A DNA stretch of 64,000 bases from Octopus sinensis (lineage: Eukaryota): the NCBI RefSeq assembly GCF_006345805.1, contig NC_043019.1, forward strand, positions 29,697,360 to 29,761,359, in the 5' to 3' direction. Both the position numbers and the translations under genes were made by a program. A model generated the notes under the pieces. The model made no database searches, was not told where the DNA came from, and was given only the letters and a program-made list of their open reading frames with translations. Below, piece by piece: positions 1-13,125 of this stretch. Position 1 is the first letter of the stretch; every line of letters starts with the position of its first letter.

Positions 1-205
1 GGCCATATCCGGCCAAAATAGCTAATCTGTTTTATGTTCAAACTGACCAGATCCAGGCCCTCACACCTACCCTACAATGTTATTCTACATTAAGTAATTA
101 CACCACCAAGATCTTGAAGATATGAGATAATGCATGATTAATTCAAATCAATGTGAATCAATAAGCATTATGTTTGATAGAATAATCTGAACACTAAAGG
201 GTTAA
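1..205. mobile_element. piggyBac-type MITE family B (cut by window edge)
   Basis: Near-identical to 5655-5859; ends CTAAAGGG-TTAA. Confidence 0.8.
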
Positions 206-1208
206 GGGAGATAATTCTGGTTTCAATGACCCCCTCCACTACCAAACTTTATCCTTCTTTAATTGAATTTTAACCAAATAATGTAGTTCTTTAAAAAAGA
301 TCATTACATTCAATCTTTTTTCCATGACGTTGGTGTTTTCCCTGTTCTAATGAGAGGTGGGGTAAAACTTAAACATCAAAGCTCAGAGAAGAGTGCAAAT
401 TGTATAACTTTAAGGAATCTGATCAAAAGAGCTGTTTTTTTATGACAAGGCTTATGCTAATTATAACTGAAATATATTTTTAGTATCCACATTTTTTATT
501 TGTTTAGTATCCATTTTTACTGACATTTTTTTTATTTTAAATTTATTGTAAATTTATTAAGTTCCCCTTTATCATCATTTTCATCATTTTAATATTTAAA
601 TATTCCACCATAACTGAGGTTAAGATTGAAAGATTTTTCTTTCCATCTTGTTTGATCAAGGATAGTTTAAATCAACATTTATTGTTGTGGTTGAACTGTA
701 TGTGTGTATGCATATATTTGCATGTATATATATATATATATATATGTATGTATATAGGTATGTGTGTGTGTGTATATGCATATATTTGCATATATATATA
801 AATGATATATATGCATGTTTATATGTATGTAAAAGTATGTATGTATGCATATGTGTATTTGAATATATGTGTATGTATACAGATACACACACACTCTTTG
901 TCAGGTGAGCAGTTTAAAAGTACATTAAAATAGTAATTTAGTCCCTAATGATGCTGTGATGGATGTTAAGTTTAGTCACTTTTTAAATATTTGAAGTTAC
1001 ATTAAAAAAAAATAGACATTTTTGTTAATTATTTGTTGATGCTTTTTATAAAAAAATATATTTTACTTTAATTTCTTTGTAAAACTTTTCACTGTAATTC
1101 ATTTTAATTATAAGGCCAAACATTATGATTGTGCTTAATTTTCATTATTCTAATTATTTACTGTTGCAATCCCAATCTTGTTTGATTTATGGCTTGTAAT
1201 GTTTGTAG

Positions 1209-1255
1209 GAGTTGACTTTGCCACAAAGGCCGCCCTGCTTCAACATTATTTATGA
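1209..1255 (+). CDS. Possible terminal exon of an upstream gene, (G)VDFATKAALLQHYL*
   Basis: tttgtag| acceptor, GC-richer protein-like codons, TGA, followed by unique AT-rich UTR-like sequence; no partner exon found. Confidence 0.25.
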
Positions 1256-1684
1256 CTCATGTTCTGCTTACATGACTCTGGTCATTAAACATAATATAAA
1301 TGTGAGAATTTATGGGTTGGACTATCTCCTGGTATTGGAAATATTTATGTCTTTTGTCTTATTAAGATGCTGGACTAATGGCCCCTCAGGTCATAAGATT
1401 AGATCTTTCACATTTCACTCTGGGGCAGAGTATATTAATTTGCTTGCCTCTATCTATCTAGAAGAAATATGAGTGCCACTTGTATGTTCCATGTTGAACC
1501 ATTAACAATTAGGTGAATATCTAACTGTATACACATGGCTTATTCTAACAACTTCTAAATAACAATGGTCTGCATTTTCAAAAACATTTATCTCTTCAGC
1601 TAGTATTTTTTTAAAAATTGTAATTAGGAATGTAAACATTTCCAAAGAATATTTCATCAGATAAAGGAAAGAAATTAATGTACT

Positions 1685-1913
1685 TTAACCCTTTCGTTAC
1701 CGTATTTATTTTGGGATGCTCTGTGTTTCTCCCAATTATTTTAAATATAACAAAGAATTTAGTAAAATAACTTGGTTATCGTTAAGCTAGTGTTAGGAAC
1801 ATAAATTGTGACTAAGGTTTGGTGGAAGATTTTAATTCAAAACTTATGAAAACAAGACATTTGTGCTACAGAGCCACAGCCGGTTTCAGCCGGGTTGGTA
1901 ATGAAAGGGTTAA
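1685..1913. mobile_element. piggyBac-type MITE family A
   Basis: TTAA-CCCTTTCGTTACC ... GGTAATGAAAGGG-TTAA; same family at 10998, 11710, 37940 and 58015. Confidence 0.85.
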
Positions 1914-3289
1914 TACCAACCCTCATGAGACCATCCCTGGTTCTATGATACACATTTCATGTTTAAAAGTGACCTATGTTAAAAGCTTACATTAAAATTA
2001 CATGTAAATTTATGTTCCACACAACAGCTTAAAAATGAGAATTATTTTACTAAATTTTTCATTATTTTCAAAATTGATTGAAATACAAGCAGAGTATTTC
2101 AATAGAAATATAGAAAGAAATGGGTTAAATCTTCGCAATTGTGAGTTCAATTCCTGGCGACATGTTGTGCACTTAAGCAAGACACTTCATTTCATATTGC
2201 ACCTGTAATTCAATGGGCCAGCCTTGTCACATCATGCTGAATCTCCCAGAAAATTATGTGAAGGGTGTGCATGTCTGTGGAGTGTTCAGCCAGGTGCACA
2301 TTAATTTCATGAGTAGGTTGTTCTATTGTTCAGATCAACTGTAAGCAATGGAGTACCATTTACTGTATTGAGTGGTGAAGGCACATGGCCTAGTCATTAG
2401 GGTGTCACACTCATGGCTGTAAGATTGTGATTTCGATTCCCAGACTGAGCAGTGTGTTACGTTTTTGAGCAAATCACATCATTTCATGCCATGTTGCTTT
2501 GCGATCATTTCAACATCTGACATGTGATACTTTGTGTACCCGTTCAGGCTATGTCGATTTGATGCAGGGAGTGGACTGATGTACGGAACAAATATTTGAT
2601 CACTATAAACAAATCCCTTATACAGGTTATACAGGTTCAGCAAGAGATTGCAGAACCCTCATCCGTCATTTATGACAGGAAAAATCCACCATTATGTTCA
2701 ATACAGAGTTGCTGTGTATTTATTAACCGCAAAACCTAATCAGGGTTTTGTTACAAATGTGAAAAGTTTCATCATTATCAATGACGGTGAAAGACCTTTC
2801 AGAGTGACTTTCTAATTCACTTTACGCTTGTTTCCCAACTGACATTAATTAATTGCCAATTATATAAATTAAATTATTAAATGTAATTATATAAAGAGGC
2901 AGAAATACTGCACTCTGGACAGTTTTCTACTGGCTTGTATATATATTGTTCTATTTTTGTATTTAACGAACTACATTGCTCAGCGTGGCCTATTCTTATG
3001 TAAGATGATATGGTGCAATTAGTGAGAAATTTGGCTGCTGTTTATAACAGGTCAAGTTATGGTGTATGAGTTTCTTAGGGAAAGTAAAGTAGATGGTATA
3101 CATGCATATGTATGTATATATTATCTTGTCCTTTTGTATATATAGGACTATATTTTCTAATGTGTCCTTTACTAATTTAACTCGTTAGCATTCAGATTAC
3201 TCTACTCTGTCAAATGTAAAACTTATTTATTCACATTGTTTTGAATTGATCTCATTTATTGTCTCATAACTTCAAAATTTCAATGAATT

Positions 3290-3530
3290 GATTATTACCT
3301 CCCCCTTAATGAAGACAGGGGGTATTGTTTTCAGTTGCGTTTGTTTGTTTGTCCGTGGACAAGATATCTCAAGAACTGCAGGATGGATTCGGATGAAACT
3401 TTCGGGGATGTTTGGCCTCATGCCTGGCATAAACTGATTAGATTTTGGGATCAATCCGGTACCGGACAAGGATTCTGGATTATTTATTATATTTACTTTA
3501 CTTCACATGATTACAGTCTTAAGTTAACTT
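3290..3530 (+). mobile_element. Helentron/DINE-1-like non-autonomous element
   Basis: ttattacctccccc..gggggt stem near the start, tgtttgtttgtcc microsatellite, ggattcggatgaaact; partial repeat at 3675-3880. Confidence 0.5.
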
Positions 3531-4577
3531 TCAAGTCTTCTCAGTTATCTCCCTTTAGGCTGTAAATATTTTGAATGGTGAATTTAACTTTGGCTTGTAT
3601 TAGATAAATATAAACTACTTATTACTGTTACTAAATTTTCTACAGCTACCTTCACAATCCCTGTCTACCATTGGGGTCAATCAGGTACCGGACAAGGATT
3701 CTGGATTATTTTTTCCATTGATTTCACTTAATTTTTGGGAGCGGTTGGGTTCAGTTTTAGTATTCTTGTTTGTGAGAGCAGTTGAGATTATTTCAGATAT
3801 TCTCATTTTAAAAATCATCTCTGGCTAATCGTTGAGAGGACATTGGTGTTGCCTTGGCAGCTGTTTGTGCTCCTTTATTTTTAGAATGACAATATAGGGT
3901 ATATGTGAGAGAGCAGATCTGGTTGGTTTGAACATAAAAAGCAGAATATTTGGGTCAGATATTGCCAATTTAAATGCTACAAGGTTAAGATGGTAGGTTG
4001 GTTTGAGGAATGTGTGGCTGCTATTTCTAGCAGGTTGGAATACTCAACCGTTTATATTTTAATACAATGTGTAGATAATCCTGTTCATTGAACAACTGGA
4101 AACCTTCGTTCAACGAAACCGATATACTGATGCAAAATCCATTCATTGGAAAAACCACTCGACCATGAGTACATATATTCCAGCTCGCTGACATGGGGAA
4201 AATATATGCAAAAATTATACAAATGTGAAATACCATGAAATAATTTTTCTTATATTATCCGCCGCAGCCCTCTCTCTCTTCCCTATTAATAACGTGTAAC
4301 AATCAATACTGTCATCGTGCTGGTTTAAAGTCTGCATTTTCATGCTGGCATGGTTTGTGTGAATTTCTAGAACGCCTTATCTCTCTGTTTATCTTCTTAC
4401 CTTGATCTGTGGCACCAAATTCTTCACACCAGACTTTGTCCGTAAAACTTAGCCTACTTCTCTTTCTGCGTAGTTATCATTTGCTAAAGCAAACTTTCCT
4501 AGAAATAGCTCCAAGACTGATCTAAATCATTGCAAGAAGATCACTATATCTAAAACTAGACTATTGAGCTCTCTCTC

Positions 4578-4608
<31 letters not shown>

Positions 4609-4867
4609 CTCTCTCTCTCTCTTTCTATATGTGTGTATATATATATATATATCCGTCTATCTCTTCTTCCCCATCTCTCTCCCCTCTCTCTTGTCAGGCC
4701 ATCATAAATACTTTTGAGATTGCTGTTTAGCCCCAGGCCGCTTCTGATCAAGCAAACTTACTGTGATCAAAGGTATTCTATCCATGACCAACCCATTTTA
4801 TATGAGTATATATGTGTGTGTGTGTATCAGATTGTATCTAGGATGGTGGCCAGTGTAGCCTTCTATG

Positions 4868-5096
4868 TTAACTCTTTAGTATTCAGATTATTCTGTCAAA
4901 TGTAATGCTTGTTTATTTATATTGTTTTGAATTAATCATGCATTATCTTGTAGTTTAGAGATGCCGATGACGTGATTGTTTAGTCTTAGAATGGACATAG
5001 TAGGGTGGAGGTGAGAGGCCAGATCTGACCAGTTTCAACATAAAACAGGTTAAACATTTCGGCCTGATATGGCCAGTTTGAATGCTAAAGGGTTAA
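4868..5096. mobile_element. piggyBac-type MITE family B (reverse orientation)
   Basis: TTAA-CTCTTTAG ... CTAAAGGG-TTAA. Confidence 0.8.
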
Positions 5097-5631
5097 AGAG
5101 TACAATGAGACGCTTGGCTGCTATTTCTAGGAAGTTGAACAATCATGTGGTGACTCCTTCAGCTTGAGACTTCCAACAGGATTTTGGTGGTGATTAAGGA
5201 ACAAAATTAACAGAATCACTGGTGTGCAGGATAAAATACTTTGTGACATTTCAGAATATGTTTTTCGCTTTCTGGATTCAAATCCAGCCTAATACAACTT
5301 TGCATTTCATTCTCCTGGGGTTAATAAAGTAAAGCACCAGTCAAGTTTTTTGTCAATTTAGTTTCTGTCATTTGGATTATGGTCATGCTGGGGCATTGCC
5401 TTAAAGGATTTAGTCAAATAAATCACCCCCAGTGCTTTTTTTTTTTTTTAAGCCTGGTATTTATTCTATCAGTCTCTTTTGCTGAACTGCTAAGTTAAGG
5501 GGACATAACCAACCTAACACTGGCTGTCAAGCATTGCAGGTTGGACAAATGCAAACACACGTACACATATATTTCTTTGCTGCCCACAAGGGGCTAAACA
5601 TAGAGGGGACAAACAAGGACAGACAAAGGGA

Positions 5632-5859
5632 TTAACCCTTTAGTATTTAAACCGGCCGTATCTGGCCAAAATATTTAATCTGTTTTATGTTCAAACTGAC
5701 CAGATCCAGGCTCTCACTCCTACCCTACAATGTTATTCTACATTGAGTAGTTTACACCATCAAGATCTTGAAGATATGAGATAATGCATGATTAATTCAA
5801 ATCAATGGGAATCAATAGGCATTATGTTTGATAGAATAATATGAACATTAAAGGGTTAA
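5632..5859. mobile_element. piggyBac-type MITE family B, nested in a SINE
   Basis: TTAA-CCCTTTAG ... TAAAGGG-TTAA; related copies at 1-205, 4868-5096, 24681-24908, 26036-26204, 43748-43974 and others. Confidence 0.85.
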
Positions 5860-6635
5860 GTCGATTACATCGACCCCAGTGCAAAACTATTTCTTTATTT
5901 ATTGACCCCGAAAGGATGAAAGGTAAAGTCGACCTCGGCGGAATTTGAACGTACACATAGATATATACAATGAGCTTTCTGTTTCTGTCTACCATATCCA
6001 CTCACAATGCTTTGGATAGCCCAGGGCTACAATAGAAACACTTGCCGAAGGTGCGGTGCTGTAGAATTGAACCCAGACTACATGTTGGGAAGCAAACTTC
6101 TCAACCAAAAAGCCATGCTTGTTCATTTTCCAAAATGCATAATTTCACACCTATATTAATCATTTCATAAAAGAAAATTTTTTAAATTAGCTTCGTTTTA
6201 TGTCCTTTTATTTTTCACCATGTTAGCATAAGAGATAGAATTGTTTTGGGGTTATTTTTAAGAAAGCTTATCACCTTATCTTTGTATGAATTATTTAATT
6301 TATTCAATTTTTTTATATAAATTTATTCAATCCATAAAATCATAAAATATCCATTTAGTTTGAGTGATCTCATCTTCATTGAAAATGTATGCCAACTAAA
6401 GATAGAGTTAATAAATAACATTTTTATTGCTAATCTTTTTTACATTAAAAAAATTATTGGCAACCAGCTTGAATTTCATATCCAAGTAGCACTATATTTA
6501 ATTTCTTCTCTTCACTTGTTTACCAGCCATATATGCAAATTACTTTGGCAATGAGCAAGCCAACGAGTGAACCTCTATGAGCACATTCATTTGCTAGAAA
6601 TAGCTACCTAATCTCCATCACTTCACACTCTATAT

Positions 6636-6991
6636 CAGCGGTTCTCGGCTGGGGGTCCATATGGCCCCTGAGGGTTTACATAAGATTTTCAGGGATCCAC
6701 ATAACAAAATAGTAAATTTGGCAGCCACAACATTATTTTAAGGGCCCCCAGGAAAAATTTTGCTTTAGATGTATGTATTGCTGTAGATGTATATAATACA
6801 AGAAACAGCTAGGTTTCTCTCCCAAACATTTTACATAGTTTAACTTATACAAGCTGTGAAAAACTAAATAGGAATTTTGAAAGAAGTTTCTATAAAACTA
6901 GTTCTCAAACATCAAATGGCTTTGGTGGGGTCTACCAGAATAAAATAGTATTCAAAGGCGTCCATAGGTAAAAAATGGTTGGGAACCCCTG
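6636..6991. mobile_element. hAT-type MITE, copy 1 of a tandem pair
   Basis: TIRs CAGCGGTTCTC / GGGAACCCCTG; flanks ctctatat / ctctatac (8-bp TSD, 7/8). Confidence 0.8.
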
Positions 6992-6999
6992 CTCTATAC

Positions 7000-7350
7000 C
7001 ATTGGTTCTCACCTGGGGTCCATATGGCCCCTGAGGGTCCATACAAGATTTTTAGGGGTCCACGCAACAAAATAAGCAATTGGGGATGTACAGTAAATAT
7101 TTTAAGGGCCCTTGGGAAAATGTTGCTTTACATGTATGTATCAGTATGTATTGCAAGAAACAGCTTGGCTTCTCTGTCTAATATTTTACATAGTTCAACC
7201 TACACAACTTAATGGGTGAAAAGCAAAATAGGAATTTTGAAAGAAGTTTCCATAGAACTAGTTTTTAAACAGAGAATGGCTTTGAGGGGCCCACCAGAAT
7301 AAAATAGTAATCAAAGGGGTCCATAGATAAAAATTGGTTGAGAACACCTA
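7000..7350. mobile_element. hAT-type MITE, copy 2 of the tandem pair
   Basis: Colinear with 6636-6991; degenerate TIRs cattggttctc / gagaacaccta. Confidence 0.75.
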
Positions 7351-9399
7351 CTTTCTATCTTAAAATAATGGGGGTGAGTAGCATGTTTATCCAGGATAAT
7401 GTAGAACTAGATTACTTGAACCCTTTAGCATTCAGATTACTCTCTAATTGTTTTGAATTAATCCTGCAATATCTCGTGTTGAGATTTCAATGATGTGCTT
7501 TATATATATAGTTTAGAGTGACATTGTAGGGTAGGTGTGAAAAGCCGGACCTGGCTGGTTTAAACATAACACAGGTGGAATATTTAGGCATTCCCTGAAA
7601 TTGATGGCCTTGTATCAAAATTTTAAACCACCGAGCACAGACAAACACATTTTTTTACAAATGTAGTATTCAAGAGTGAAGATTATGCTGCTGTGGACAC
7701 GTGATGGATGTGCATGAATAATGGTTAAGCCTGTTTTCAAAAATGTATTCGAATTTGATGAGTAACTTTCTATTTTCATTTCATGTCAGAACTCACAATC
7801 TTCCTTTATATATACCTATTAATGAAGGAGTTATTTTACAGAATCTCACCAGATTCTTCTTTGTTTTTAAAATAAACAAAAACAAACCAACTAATTGATA
7901 GATAAAACCATGTCGTTCATTAGAAGTATGCTCATGAAAGGGTTAGACTTTCCTATAAAATAATGCATGTTCAGATTATAAATGTAAATCAAATTTCGTC
8001 AAAATAAATGGACATTTTTAAGTAAACTTGTTCAGAAAATAAATTGGATATTCTTGGAAAGGTTTCATTAAATAACTTCAATTCTCTGCATATAAATTAG
8101 TCAAAACTACCCATTTCCATTTCAGAATCAGCTCTTAAATTTTTGGATGGTCTCTTGAGGATTCTCTTGCTGAAAGCCGAGACTGCTTTGCATTTGAAAC
8201 TAGTACACACACACATGCATACTCACTGTTCAATTTCTCGATTAAAATATCAATAAATTATACATTTTTTTTTATCCAACATTTCTCTTTTTTTTCTTGT
8301 TTTGAGAATCATAGAGAATTAACTTCAAGAGATAAAATGGTGTTGCTCTTCTAAATATAGATTTGTTAAAAAAAAAAAAAAAAATTTGGAAGAGAAAATG
8401 TTCAAGTCTCAAAGATATTTTATATGGGAAAGAGTAAGAGAAATATATATATGTATCAGATAATGCAGAATCCTATATATTTATATAATACAAGAATGCT
8501 GGTAGAGTGCAAGATCATAGCTCTCATGTACAAGTATGTATGTATGTTTGTGTGTGTGTATGTGGAAAGCTGCCTTGGTATGTACATATTAATAGATATA
8601 TAGATAGGTATAGATACACAGATGTAAAACTAGATGATACAGATTGTCCTATATCTGAAATAGAGGCCATGCTGGTTTGAATGTGATTTACCCTCCTCAA
8701 AATTATGGCTTCTATCTCATCTGTTGGCAATATAAGCAAGCCTGTGTGGGAACCTGTATATGATTGCTTGACTTGCTAGAAATAGCAATCAAATCTCTGT
8801 ATAGTCTTTATCATAAAGAAGGGCACATTAAATAATGTTCTGTATTTACACTGGCTGTAAAAAATGGAGCGGTTGTCGATCAGGATGCACTTGGTTTAGC
8901 ATCGACTTAAGCAATAAGCTAATGAGAGTGTCTATGTGGTTAATGAACCTAAGAGAATTAACAACTAAATCTCCCTGAAACCATCCTCGAAGAAGACCAA
9001 ATTGAATAAAGAAGTCCTACATATGTCAGAAAATAAGATAGGTTGGTCATAGCTGGAACACCGTTGATCATAAGTCTGTTGGATCAGAGTTAACATGGGT
9101 TATTAAAACTAATAACATACACATTTTGTCTATCTACTTCAATGAAATGGTAATTAAATATCAATTTGACTCGACATTAATGATGACATCCGTGTATTAA
9201 AAAAAAACACATTTTCACATCATGCAAATATCTAAATATGCATAACTTACCAGCATAGATAAACGGGATGAAAATGTAGTTCTGTTATCTCAGTAGTATT
9301 AATTTTGCCATTTATTCCTCTATTCATCCATTCATCTTCTCCACCCATTATTACTGGGAGGACTGTGGGAGTAGAGTATTCAGGCACCCCCCCCTCAGG

Positions 9400-9690
9400 G
9401 TCCTATCTGAAGCAACCCTCATTAGACTTTCCGGCTAGATTCCCAAGCATGACCAACTGAGAGTATGGATAAGATTCAACCATTTCATTCTTGGTCTACC
9501 CCTAGGTCTCCTCCCAGTTGAATCCGCCATCCTGCAATTCTTTCCTTCAGTTCTTATCCCATGTCTGTCATACCAGAGTTGTGACCTCACAATGGCAACA
9601 CACCCTGATCTCTGAGCTATGCATTCTTCAAGTAACATTACTCCAGAGATTCTTCAGAGGAACCTCATTTTAGATGCTTATATTTGTGAT
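9400..9690 (-). mobile_element. RTE-clade LINE 3' fragment (degraded)
   Basis: ..GRRPRGRPRMKWL..; similar fragments at about 29050-29430 (-) and 32470-32830 (-, [11 protein letters not shown]). Confidence 0.75.
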
Positions 9691-10728
9691 TGTACTAAGT
9701 TTTTTTTAAAATTATATATGTATACACACACACACATAGGTATGTCATAAATCCATTTGTTGTCTTTTTATTTAATCCTGAATATGTATATATATATATA
9801 AATATATACGAAAGAAGGTTTGAAAATGCAATTTAAAAGATGTTTATTTACTTAACCGGTTTCACTCTTTGGAAAAAGATTGTCAAAAGTAACATAGAAT
9901 ATTATGAATTCAAAAAAGTTTTTTACATAATTGCCACATAACATGTATATATACAGTCTTTGGTAATAGGGACATGTTTAGGACATGTGCGCATGCATGC
10001 AGCTGTATATGCTATGACCCAGCGTTGCCAGGTCATAGTGCTAGTTACTAATACAACACATTTTTGCCAGCTGAGTGGACTGGAGCAACAAGAAATAAAA
10101 AGTGTCTTGCTGAAGAGCACAGCAAGCCACCAGGAAATCCAACTCATGACCCAAACCACTAAGCTTCGTGTCTTCACAAGATTCAGTAAAGAATGCACTG
10201 GATGATATAGTGTCTCTGATAGATTCTGTGTAAAAGTCAGGTTAGTTATAACAAGAGTGTCTCTGTCATAAATTTGCTCTGTATGGCTAATTCAGGGTTA
10301 ACAAACAGCAACAACCAATATTGTTTAATTCAGTCTTTCTCTCTCCCTCCCCACAGAAACTAATCATTTGTCTTGTGGAAAAAAAAATCAATATTTCTGT
10401 ACAGATGTCAAATTCTCATTCAAATACTCGTTACTGTTTCAAATATAAAAATATAATAATTAACTCTTCAATCTTGATTGAGATTTAAAAATATGAACAC
10501 TTTATTATGGTGTGTGTGTGTGTATGTGTCTCTCTCTCTCTCTCTCACTCTGGTTAATCTTAGAAATGTGAAAACGAAGATCACGAAAGAGTAAAACTTC
10601 CTGGGCTTGCTTAATAATTGAAAATCCTTGTCACATTGATTTTACTGTAGCTTAAGCCCTCTCTAGAACTACCATCTTCAGCTGCTCTGTGTTTTAAATC
10701 TTAAAAAATTGCTAGAAAATGCTTGACT

Positions 10729-10950
10729 TACAAGGATGTGCTAAAAAGTTCTTGGCTTTGGGTAAAAGAAAATACAGAAGAATCAGTTAATTATGATTTT
10801 TATTAAATATATTACCTTCTCAGATTCACACACTTATTGCAGGAGCCCTCCAGGTTTTCTAAGCCCTGTAAAAGAATTCAGAAGGTTGTGCCTCCAGCCA
10901 GGCCTTTTGTAATACCCTTAAAGCCAGGAATTTTTTAGCGCCCCCTCTTA
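10729..10950. mobile_element. Mariner-derived MITE
   Basis: TA-caaggatgtgctaaaaagttcttggcttt ... aaagccaggaattttttagcgccccctct-TA imperfect TIRs. Confidence 0.7.
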
Positions 10951-10997
10951 TAACAATTGTTCCTTTTAGAGACTACCTCTATATATATCACTTATTA

Positions 10998-11232
10998 TTA
11001 ACCCTTTCGTTACTGAATTTATTTTGAAATGCTCAGTGTTTCTTCTAATTATGTTAAATATAACAAAGAATTAAGTAAAATAACATCGTTATCATTAAGC
11101 TAGAGTTAGGGACATAAATTGTGACTAAGGTTTGGTGGAAGATTTTAATTCAAAAATTTTGAAAACCAGACATTAGTACTAAAGAGCCAGAGCCAGAGCC
11201 GGTTTCAGCCGGGTTGGTAACGAAAGGGTTAA
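10998..11232. mobile_element. piggyBac-type MITE family A
   Basis: TTAA TSD, CCCTTTCGTTAC TIR. Confidence 0.85.
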
Positions 11233-11709
11233 TGGTATTAAATCTTATTTGCCATATTTTCCAGCATACAAGTCAATGTATATAGTGTAAGCATCATCAA
11301 TGTCTCTCCAAATTCTACTGCATCTCACATGGAATTTTTGGCCCTCCAAAGTCATCTTGGTGTATAAGTAGACCTATTCTTTATTGGCTGTAAATTTTGG
11401 TCTGAAAAACTTGACTGGTATTCTACAAAATACAGTATTTGAAAAGGCCATCAAGGAGGATATTGCAGAACCAGCTGTTGTTGTTGTTGTTTAAACCTTA
11501 AGCATTTAATCCAGCCACATTTGGCCATATCCGGCTAAAATATTCTCTGTTTTATGTTCAAACTGATCAGATCTGACTTCTCAAAATAACTCTACAATAT
11601 CATTGTAAAAATTAAGTTACCTCATCAAAATCTCAAGACTACAAAATAATGCTTGATTAATTAAAAAGAATGTGAATAAATAACCATTACTTTTGTGAAG
11701 GTACATGAC

Positions 11710-11937
11710 TTAACCCTTTTGTTGCCAACCCGGCTGAAACCGGCTCTGGTTCTGAGTACAAATGTCTTGTTTTCATAAGTTTTGAATTAAAATCTTCCAC
11801 CAAACCTCAGTCACAATTGATGTTCCTAACACTAGCTGAATGATAACTAAGTTATTTTACTAAATTCTTTGTTATATTTGAAGTAATTGAAAGAAACACA
11901 GAGCATCTCAAAATAAATACAGTAATGAAAGGGTTAA
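11710..11937. mobile_element. piggyBac-type MITE family A (opposite orientation to 10998)
   Basis: TTAA TSD, CCCTTT TIR. Confidence 0.85.
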
Positions 11938-13125
11938 TGGTTGGGCTCACAATCATGAGGTTGTGAGTTCGATTCTCAGACCAGGCTGTGTTGTTCTTGA
12001 GCAATTCATTTTATTTCATGTTGCTCCAGTTCACTCATCTGTTGAAATGAGTTGCGACATCAATGGTGCCAAGCTGTATCGGCCTTTGACTTTCCCTTTG
12101 ATAACATCAGTTGCAGGGGCGACTGCTGGTCTCCCATAAACAACTTTGCCCAGACTTGTATTTCAGAGCGAGTCTCTACCTTTTTACTTTGGACAAAACA
12201 GTGTGAATGGTAAAAGGCCAACTCGGGATTGGCTCGACCCTGATTAGGCACACCTATGAAAAACATTCCTGTTGTGATCTTTCTGTCCTTTTTCCTAGGC
12301 ACACTGCACTTGAGACTACAACAGACATATGTGCGTGCACATGCACACACACCCACACACTTAATTATACTTAAAATGAAAAGGAAAATAAAAAAAAGCT
12401 TCTAACAATGTAGAAAGTTTTGCAAAAAAAAAAACTTTATATTTTGGGTACAAAGGCCTATTTCAAAAGGAAAGCAGTCCAGGAAATGTGTATTTTACAT
12501 AATTTTGTTATACATTTCTTGAATTGCTTTCTTTTGAAGGTAGGCTTTTGTTCCCAAAATGTAAAAGTTTTCTTTATTCCCCTTTTGATTTTCTACTTCT
12601 GTTCTACAATGCTTCAGGCAAGCTACAACACACACACACATAAAGTGGCCACCCTTTGTGGTTTACATATTCCGCAATATGTTACTAATTCAAAGGACAT
12701 TGAGCCAGGGCTGTGGAATCTTGGTTAGTTAAAATACTCCAACTCCATATAAATATAAATTGTAATATTACTGTGTCGGCCAGACTTTCAAATGTTGTTA
12801 TACACTCCTGATCACAATGCACTTCCTCACATTGTAGTAGCTTTCAAATGATGCCAGGCAGGCCAACATTCCCGCTGAACGAAGCATCAGTCTGTTGCAA
12901 GGGTACCCATTTACAATTGAGAAGGCTAGAGCAATGTAAAATGAAGTGTTTTGTTCAAGAACACAACATACTGCCAGTCTGGAAATTGAAACCACAATTT
13001 TGTGATCATTAGTGCAACACGCTAACCACTCAACTATGTGCATTCACAAATTGTTGTTATATAATGCATTAAAATTCCCATTTTCACAGATATTAATTTA
13101 ACTGCTTTCTACATTGAAAATTAAC

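Noticed and set aside
9245-9340. Minus-strand donor CTG|GTAAGT with short open frames; similar isolated donors at about 7845 and 4400
   Set aside because: No convincing acceptors or phase-consistent chain could be built
12618-12722. Exon-like segment (cttcag|GCAAGC…CTTG|gttagt) open in phase 0-1
   Set aside because: Composition is unlike LEO1, it contains a CA microsatellite, and no partner exon with matching phase was found
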